From positions 1,302,001 through 1,366,000 of the forward strand of contig JBODTK010000014.1 in NCBI GenBank assembly GCA_050613775.1: DNA of 64,000 bases, read 5' to 3'. The notes below the pieces were generated by a model, which ran no database searches, was not told the origin of the DNA, and saw nothing but the letters and a program-made list of their open reading frames with translations. The DNA comes from Neocallimastix sp. 'constans'. Taxonomy: Eukaryota. Below are positions 53,076-64,000 of the stretch, piece after piece; position 1 is the stretch's first letter, and every line of letters starts with the position of its first letter. The position numbers were made by a program, and so were the translations under genes.

Positions 53076-53114
53076 GATAAAACTATATTATATTTTATAA
53101 ACTTTTAAAAAATT

Positions 53115-53959
<845 letters not shown>

Positions 53960-54956
53960 TTCTTTTTTATTCTCATTCTCGGTTGGAGTAGTATAGTTTC
54001 GAATGTATTAATGGTTGTTTGAGTTTCATTATTATATTGTTCCTAAAAAAATAAAAAAAATGTTAATTTTTGAATATTAGAGATTATATATATTTATTAT
54101 CCTATAATTAAAAAATGTATATAAATATATATATATATATATATTAATAATCAATAATAATTTTAATTATATATAACAATTAATAATTAATAACGAAAAG
54201 TCAAGTAATAATTCATAAAAAATATAAATATAAATATTTTTTTTATCAATTTAAAGAAGAAAAAAGTCTCTAAATCAATAAGAATGATAATATAATAGAA
54301 CTATTGAATATTTATTATTAATAATTATTACAATTTTTATTGTGTTTAATTCTAACATAGTTAATGATATATAAATATTTTAAAAAAAAAAAAAAAAAAA
54401 AATCGATATTAATTTTATTATCTATATAAAATGATATTAATTTATTATCTATATATTCTTTAAAAAAAAAAAAATAATATAATATTAAAATATCCAATTC
54501 GGAGGAAAAATAAAGATTAATATAAAAAATTAAAAAAAAATATAAATTCAATTTAACTGAAAGGGACAAAATTTATTTATTATGGTATTATCATTTTTTG
54601 CTGATTGATTCTCTTTTCATACCAAAAAATATTAAAAGTAAATATAATAAATTTAAAATGAAACAAAAAATGAATGAAATAATATTAATTTTTAATATTA
54701 TAGAAATTTATATATAATTAATTTATTGGTTAATTTTGCTTTTTAATATGAATTATGAATAAATACATCTTTTCAAATTATTCCACTTTTGTAGATCATT
54801 AAAAGTAAAATATTTTGTGGAACTTTTTTTTTTAATTTATATTTACTGTATATATATAATTATATTTTTTTTAAAAAATATATATATATATAAATTTATT
54901 TATATGTATATATCAAAAAATACAATTATAAAATGCATATAATAAAAATTTAAAAA

Positions 54957-54993
<37 letters not shown>

Positions 54994-55172
54994 AATTTAT
55001 TTTATTAATATAAGAAAAATAAAATAAAATAGTGTAATAGTATTAACTACTTTATATAAAATAATAATAAATAAAGGACTATATAAAAATTATATATATA
55101 ACTTTTCAAAGATAAAAGATAATATATATAAATAGAATTTATAATAATTAAGGTTACTTTATAGTTTCCCAA

Positions 55173-55203
<31 letters not shown>

Positions 55204-55304
55204 TTAAATTAAAATTTAATTTTGATTTTGATTTGTCCATTATTTGAAATATTCAATTTGTGATAATATTAAAAAACAATCTATTGAAACGTATAAATAA
55301 AGTC

Positions 55305-55340
<36 letters not shown>

Positions 55341-55400
55341 ACAAAAAAAAAAAAATAATAATAATAATTTATTAAAAATAATACTATTAATAAAAAAAAA

Positions 55401-56128
55401 ATGAAGTTTAAAGTTGTGAGTATTATTATTGCTACACTTTCTTTAAGTAAATTTGTTATTTCTTCTCCTTTTAAAAGAATTTATGATACAGAGGAGGAGA
55501 TAGAAACTGAAGTCGAACAAAATATTGTTGCATCTGAAATCAGCAGTTCTGAAGAAGAAACTCAAGAAATAAGCAATGATAACGTAAATATATATTTATA
55601 CAATATAAATTCATTTAATCAATGATAATCAATTTAATTTAATCATTGGTAGCATATTATAAAAATAAAACTATTTTATTTAAAAATATTATTAATTATT
55701 TAATTATTATTAATAATAGTTATGTAAATCTAAGGAATGTTATGAAACTTCTAACAGAATTTTAAGTGGATTAGATACTTCGGTTGATCCTTGTGAAGAT
55801 TTTTATCAATTTACTTGTAACAACTGGATGGTATTTATATATTTATATATATATATATTTTTTGTTGTTGTTGTTTTGTTTTGTTTTGTTTTGTTTTTGG
55901 ATATATTATTCAAATATATTATTTTTATATATTATTTCAAATATCTACTTAAAAGAATGAAAATATCATTCCAGAAGGTGAAGATAAGATATTAAATTTC
56001 CTTTCAGGCCAAGAAGAAACCACAGTATGTTATTTATATTTAATTATTTTATTTAGAGTTGATAATTCATTACTATTATATTAATTTTTATTAATATTTA
56101 ATATTTAATATATATATATATATATATA

Positions 56129-56164
<36 letters not shown>

Positions 56165-56197
56165 CAATTATTATTATTATTATTATTATTATTATCA

Positions 56198-56238
<41 letters not shown>

Positions 56239-56256
56239 CAATTATTATTATTATCA

Positions 56257-56300
<44 letters not shown>

Positions 56301-56321
56301 CAATTATTATTATTATCAATT

Positions 56322-56352
<31 letters not shown>

Positions 56353-59166
56353 TTATTGTAGAAAGTAGTTCAAGATATTGTTACAGGAAATTATATTATT
56401 AATAAAAATCAAAGTAATGAAGATCAACAATATGACGAAATACTTTTGAATAAGTTAAATTCCCTTTATAAAAGTTGCATTAATACTGATAAAATAAATG
56501 AACAAGGAAAGGAACCAATCTTAAATCTCATTAATGAATTAAAAATAAACGAAAATAGATTATATTATAATGATACAGATATTTTAACGAGTACTCTTGC
56601 CGAAATGCATGATTATGGTATGACTACTTTAATAGACGTTGACGTAATAAATCCATCAACAAATGCAAGACACTATTATATTACTGTTTTAGAATATTCT
56701 GGTGCTCTTGAGAGTTATGAAGAATCAGAAAAATTAAATCAATACAGAAAAATGATTGAAACTTCATTTTCAGTCATATTTGGTGATCAACCAGAAAGAG
56801 ATATTAATAAAATGACTGAAAATGTTATTGAGTTCGAAAAATCTATTAATTCATTAGCAAGGTAATATTTTTAATATATAATAATATGAAATAATACAAT
56901 GATTTCAAAAATATTAAAAAAAAAAATTTTTTTTTCTAAAAAAATTATATATATATATATATATAGCCCTGAACTCTATGTTAATGCTAAATTAGAAAAT
57001 AATAAAATGAAATTTGGAGAAATGATTCAAAGATGGAAATACATTAACTGGGAATTATATTTCAAGAAAAGATTTGGAGATAAGTATAGCGAAATCAAAG
57101 AAGATGACGATGTCCTCTTATTCCCTGCAATGTATTTTGATAACTTAGAAAAAGTACTTGCTGAAACTGATGTTGAAACATTGGCAATCTACTTTGAATG
57201 GTTAATAATATATATATATATACATATATATATATTTATTTATAAAATATATATTTATAAATAAATATATATTTTTATTTATATTTATAAATATATATAT
57301 TTTATTTATAAAATAATTTATTAAAAAATAATTATTTATTTTTATTATATTATAATTTAATATAAAATATGTATATATATGTATATATATAGGAAAGTTA
57401 TTAAAAGTTATATCAAATATATATCAGAAGATATTGTTCATGTTGTAGCACCATTATATGATGATATAGATGGTAAAAATTATTTAATTTTTCTATTTAA
57501 ATTTTTTGAACATTAAAAATAAATTTACTAATAAAATTATTATTTTATTAACTCTTAAAGAAAATCTTTCAAGAAATAGTTATTGTTACAGTGCAACTGT
57601 TAATGCAATGCCTATGACAGTTAGTAGATTCTATGCTGAAAAAGTTCACTCTAACTATAAGAAAGAATACGCAGAAAAAACATTTGAATATGTTAAGCAA
57701 GCGATGATGGAAAGAATTGGTCAAATGGAATGGTTAGAAGAAGAAACTAAAAAATACGCAATAAAGAAACTTTCATTAGTTAAAGATAAAATAGGTTACC
57801 CTGAATTCCTTAAACATCCTAAAAATCTTGTTGATAAATATAATAGTTTAGAAATTGGAGATGATTTCTTTACTAATATTTTGAATTACCATAAGTATAC
57901 TATTAAAGAAGTTTTAAATAAATACAATACACCATATGAGGTTACTGATATGGCATTAACCAATCAACAGGTAAAGATACTAAATATAAATATAAATATA
58001 AATTTTAAATTTATTATATTGTTAAAAAAAAAAAAAAAAATAAAAAAAAAAATAAAAAAAAAAAAAAAAAAATAGAATAAAAAATAAAAAAAAAAAAAAA
58101 AAACTAATTAATTTCCTATTATCCTCTTTTATAAATATTATTTTTTATAAATATTATAATAAAAGACTATTAACGCCTTTTATTCACCAAATTCTAATTC
58201 TATTTTCATACCAACGGCTTCATTACAACCACCTTTTATTAACACAAATTCACCAAATTACTTAAATTTTGGTTCATTAGGAACTGTTATTGGTCATGAA
58301 TTGACACATGCCTTTGATGGTAACGGTAAAAACTATGATATTGAAGGAAAAATCAACAATTGGGTAATTTATTATTAAATTATAATTATTAAATTATATT
58401 AAAAAGAAAGTTAATTTTTATTAGTATTTAATTTTTTTTTTTTTTTTTTTTAATTATTATAATAATATTATTTATAATCACTGTAATATTTTTTTTTTTA
58501 ATATTAAATAGTGGGTCAATAATGATGTTGAAGAATTTGTACAATTAGCTCAATGTTTTATTGAACAATATAACCAATATTATATGGAAGACGATAATCA
58601 TAATAAATATTATGTTTCCGGATTGGTAAATATCAATTTTAGTATTAAACTATAATGTTATATATTGTTTAAAAAAAAAAATTTTATTACTTTGAATAAA
58701 TATTAATATTAATATTAATATTATTTTTTTTATTTTATTTTATTTTATTTTATTTTACTCAATCTATACTTTATATTTATATTCTACTATTTATTTTATT
58801 TTATTTTATTTTATTTAGAAATCAATTAACGAAAATCTTGCAGATAATGGTGGTTTAACTCGTGCCTATGAAGCCTGGAAACTTTCATTAAAAGAAGATC
58901 CTAAGCAAGTCAAAAAAGATAATCCAAGACTTCCAGGACTTTCTCAATACTCTTTTGATCAGTTATTTTTCATTTCATTTGGACAAACCTGGTGTGCTAA
59001 ATTCAAATCCGATCCATCTATTCTTGCGATGTACACAAATAATGGTTATTCTCCGGGACAAGCTCGTGTTAATGGATCTGTCAGTAATTCACCTTACTTT
59101 GCTAAAGTATTTAACTGTGCCAATAAAACACCAATGAATCCTGATAAGAAATGTGTTATTTGGTAA
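55401..59166 (+). CDS. Secreted M13 (neprilysin/ECE-like) zinc metallopeptidase, 748 aa; exons 55401-55583, 55720-55830, 55956-56024, 56362-56861, 56967-57200, 57393-57472, 57561-57970, 58166-58363, 58512-58625, 58819-59166
   Basis: Signal peptide, VDPCEDFYQFTC, KIGYP, INAFY, GHELTHAFD, ENLADNGG, terminal PMNPDKKCVIW; all introns GT-AG with consistent phase (2247 nt total). Confidence 0.93.
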
Positions 59167-59197
59167 AGAATTCATTAAAATATGAATTTATTAATAA

Positions 59198-59249
<52 letters not shown>

Positions 59250-59640
59250 GTATAAGAATATAAAATAAAATATATAATAATAACGAAAAAAAAAAAAAAA
59301 AAAAAAGTAAAATTTATATTATTATAAAAATATTTATTTAATTAAAATTTAAAAAAATAATATAATTAGTATTTAGTAATTAATAATAATAATAATAACA
59401 AAAAATTAATTTTTAATGTAATGAATAATTTATAAAATATTGTGTAATAATTTAAAATTAAAAAATAAAAATATAAATAAAATAAAAAATAAAAATATAA
59501 ATAAAATAAAAAATAAAAATAAAATATTTATAATACAAAAAGATATTATTATTATTATTATTATTATCAATTATTATTATTATTATTATTATAATTATTA
59601 TTATCATTATCAATTATTATTATTATTATTATTATTATCA

Positions 59641-59677
<37 letters not shown>

Positions 59678-59709
59678 CCTGTATAATTTTCATAAACAAT
59701 TTATTAATA

Positions 59710-59767
59710 GGATATATATAAAAAGAAAATGAAGGTGGTGAAACTCTATTACTTAATGTATATTATA

Positions 59768-59811
<44 letters not shown>

Positions 59812-59900
59812 GTTAGTTGAATCGTATGGAGTAGATCGAAATAAAGAAGATAATTTAGGTAATATTCTACCATTTAGTACATGTAGCAATGGAAATGGAT
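59710..59900 (+). pseudogene. Second copy of the decayed ankyrin fragment at about 52538-52720
   Basis: ggatatatataaaaagaaaatgaag...tattatact(A)n...ggagtagatcgaaataa...catgtagcaatggaaatgg is shared between the two loci. Confidence 0.8.
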
Positions 59901-59944
59901 CAATAATAATAAAATAAAAATGAATTAATAATAATAAAATAGAA

Positions 59945-60031
59945 ATGAATCAATCATAATAATAAAATAGAAGTGAATCAATCATAATAATAAAATAGAA
60001 GTGAATCAATCATAATAATAAAATAGAAGTG
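59945..60031. repeat. 28-bp unit x3 minisatellite
   Basis: gaatcaatcataataataaaatagaagt repeated. Confidence 0.85.
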
Positions 60032-60224
60032 ATCTATTCTATTAAAATTGTTAACTTTTTTTTTGACACTTTTTAGGCATTTTTTTTATTTTTTTTATTT
60101 TTTTGCCAAAAGGGTTAGCGTAATGTGTATGTAATCTCAAAGGGTTAGGTTATAATGATCACGTTTTTTTTTTTTTTTTTTTTTTCAAAGGGGGGAAGTT
60201 AGGAACTGAAGAAGCACTCCAATG

Positions 60225-60261
<37 letters not shown>

Positions 60262-62343
60262 TAAGAAAAAAATTTTCAGCAATAATATGTATGTATATAT
60301 GTCCGAGAGAGGGACAATGCCGGAACACTTAGTAAGGCCGTTCAACAAGGGACATGAGGACACCAGGATATTATCTAGGCTTATATGAAAAAAAAAAATT
60401 GTAATAAAGGAAGTGTCGGGACATTACCTCAATATTATAAAGGGCTGTTCATACACACACCAGAAATAAAAAAAAAAAAATAATAAAAAAAATAAAAATA
60501 AAAATAAAATGATTTGTGAGGTATAAAAACTCCCTTCTTTCCTTTTTTTTTATTTTATTTTTTTTTTATTACTAATTTTTATTACTAGTTTTTATTATTA
60601 GTTTCCATTACTAGTTTTCATTACTAGTTTTTTTGTATTCAATGGACAAAAAAAAAAAAATTTTTTTTTCATAATAAGATAGACCTTTCCATCTCTCCTT
60701 AAATTTTTTTTTTTTTTTTCCTCTAAATTTATAAATTATTATTGAATATTTATTCCATTTCAATCCATTTCATTATTTATAATTATTTTTTTTTTTTTTT
60801 GTTCCTTTTTTCCTAAATTTACCTATCATATAAATATATTAATATATATGTGTGATAAAATATATTTATAAAAAACTTTTTATAATATAAACAGTAATAT
60901 ATAAAATAATTTATAAAATAATTTATAAAGAGGAATAATAAATGAATGAATGAATAATAATAATTGAAAGAAATGAATACTTTACAATTGTTAAATAATA
61001 AATTAATAAAGATTAAATAATAAATAAATAACTATATTTTAAATAATCATTATTATTAAATAAATGAATAATTAATAATAAATAAATAAATAACTATTTT
61101 ATATAATAATCATTATTATTAAATAAATAAATAACTATTTTATATAATAATCATTATTATTAAATAAATAAATAAATAATTGAGTAAATAATTAAATTCT
61201 ATTGATTAATGAATAAATAATTCATATCTAAAATAAAAATTAAAAAAAAAAATAATAAAAAAAAATTAAATTTTTTTTTTTATGTTAAAAAAGTTATTTC
61301 TTTATTTTTTAGAAAGTTTAAAAAAAGAGTTTTATTATTCAGGATTAGATAATGATAATAAAATCGGGGGGGGGGGGAGGGAGGTAGGTAGGTGCATTTC
61401 GAAAAATTTACATAAAAAGTTTCATTTCGCAAAATTTTTTATAAAGTTAATAAATAAATTAATTAATAATAAAACAAATAAATAATATATATAATTTAAA
61501 TAAATAAATAACTAAATAAATAAAAATAAATAAATAAATAAAACTATAATAAATAAATAAATTTAAAATTAAATTTTTTAAAAAAAAAGAAAAATATTTA
61601 TATACAATATATATAATAAATATACATTATATAATAATAAATATTCATTTAGAATTAAAGCTTTAAAAAAATAAAATATTTTATCATACATTTTAAATGT
61701 TCTATAATATATAATTAATAATAATTTTATATATATATATAAATAAATATTAATAATTTAAAAGATGTAAAGGACAATAACTATTAAAATTAAAAATAAT
61801 TAAAAAATAATTATTATAAAGATTAAAAAATAATATTTAAATAATTAATTGATCATTTTTACACCTTTTAAGTCCTTGCGCAGTATTTTAAAAAAATCTT
61901 AAAATACTAATAAATTTTTTTAATAAAAGAAATATTTATAAATAATCCATTAAAAAAAAAAAAAAAAAAAAAAAAAAGATGAGGACATCATAAAAAAGGG
62001 AGTTAAAAGTAGCACAAAGTTAGGATGATTTTAAATAGTATTTATTTTTTTTATTTTTTATTTTTTTTTATTTTTTTTTTATATATTTTATATTTTATAT
62101 TTTGTATTTTATATTTTGTATTTTATATTTTTTTTTATTTTTTATTTTTTATTTTATATTTTAATATTTTATATAATAATATTTATATTTATTTTATATA
62201 ATAATATTTATTTATTTATGTATTATCTATTTATTTAATCATTAAAAATCTTAATATAGATACATATATTTCATATCCACCTTCCTCAATAATACTAATA
62301 ATAATAATAATAGTATTAATAAATAATAATAATAATAATAATA

Positions 62344-62374
<31 letters not shown>

Positions 62375-62942
62375 TAAATAGATATAGAAGTAACAAATAA
62401 TGAATAATAATCATATAAATTCGATCATGGGGAACTAATAATTGAATAATAAATAATTGAATAATAAATAATTGAATAATTGAATAAATACAAAGTTTAT
62501 ATATAATAATTATTGTTATTATCAATATTTAAATTTTAAATATTATTATTATTATTATGGATAATAATAATAAATAATAAATAATAATAATATGAATAAT
62601 AATAAGAAATAATATAAATAATAATAAGAACTAATAAGGACTAATAAGAATAAGAAAAAATAAGAATAATAATAAGGATAATTAATAATAAGAAATAAGA
62701 ATAATAATAAGGATAATAAAATAAAAAAAAAAAAAAAGAAAAAAAGAGAGAATATTTTATTCTATTTTTAAATTTATTATATTTTTATAAATTTATAAAG
62801 ATGATCGATCTGCCAAAAAAAAAAGCAAAAAAAAAAAAAAAGAAAAGATAACAAAGTTAAAAAAAAAAAAAAATTTATTAATAATTATTCTATTCTATTA
62901 TTTATTTAATTATTTATTAATAATTATTCTATTCTTTATTTA

Positions 62943-62982
<40 letters not shown>

Positions 62983-64000
62983 TATTCTTTATTTAATTAT
63001 TATTATTATTATTATTCTATTCTTTATTTAATTATTATTATTATTATTATTCTATTATTTATTTAATTATTATTATTATTCTATTCTTTAATTATTATTA
63101 ATAATATTTATTTACTTAATTTTATTTATTTATTATTCTATTATTCTATTTATTTAATTATTTATTATTTATTTATTTATTATTCAATTATTTATTATTT
63201 ATTATTTATTTATTTATTTATTAAATAAATAAGAAACTTTTTTTCCATTTTTTAATAATTTTTAATTTATATTTAAAACATTTATCATATGAAAAAAATA
63301 AAAACATTTTTATTATTTATTATTTATTATTTATTATTTATTATTTATTATTCATTATTTATTATTTATTATTTATTATTTATTATTTATTAATAAATAC
63401 TCTTTTTATTATTATTTATTATTTATTATTTATTATTTATTATTTATTATTTATTATTTATTATTTATTAATAAATACTCTTGTTATTATTTACTATTTA
63501 TTATTATTATTAATATTAGTTATTTATTTATTATTTATTATTCAATTATTATTTATTTATTATTCAATTATTATTTATTTATTATTCAATTATTATTTAT
63601 TTATTATTCAATTATTATTTATTTATTATTCAATTATTTATTATTTTTAATTATTTATTATTTAATTAATTATTATTCAATTATTTATTATTCAATTATA
63701 ATTTTTATATTTTTAATATTATTTTTATAGTTGATGTAAACTTTATTTTATACTAGATTTAACCTTTTAACAATTTAAAAAAATAAAAAAAAAAAAAACA
63801 ATAATAAAAACAATAGGAAAAAAAAAATAGAAAAATAGAAAAAAAGAATTAAGAAAAAAAAAAAAAAAAACTTATACAAATATTATTAATAATGAATTAA
63901 ATGATGAATAATAGTAATGAATAATAATTAAAGAATGAATAATCATAATTAATTATAGAATAGAATAATAATTAAATAATGAATAATCATAATTAAATAA

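Overview
Extremely AT-rich eukaryotic DNA: GT-AG introns, poly-A/T and (ATT)n tracts, an intronless ankyrin gene and a subtilase-CBM18 gene. This is most consistent with an anaerobic gut fungus (Neocallimastigomycota; inference). Host genes are TRP4, a frameshifted S8 subtilase with a chitin-binding tail, tRNA-Gln(CTG), a 922-aa ankyrin-repeat protein, a 3-exon LEA_2-type membrane protein, a 65-aa microprotein and a 10-exon M13 metallopeptidase. The centre of the window (about 15-31.4 kb) is a retroelement island built around the tRNA. The main discovery is a stack of at least four LTR elements, each separated by exactly AAAA, ending 15 bp upstream of the tRNA. From the tRNA outward they are a solo LTR, an intact Ty3/Gypsy element, a decayed solo LTR and a degenerate Gypsy element, so decay increases with distance. 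This points to serial, nucleotide-precise integration at a Pol III start site. The intact element has a UUUAAAC slippery site with an H-type pseudoknot for -1 gag-pol frameshifting, a tRNA-Ala PBS, a DSC protease motif and a structured 1.4-kb leader. LINE and Copia remnants and several small structured or repeated elements are also present. All alignments and folds were done by eye, without database searches.
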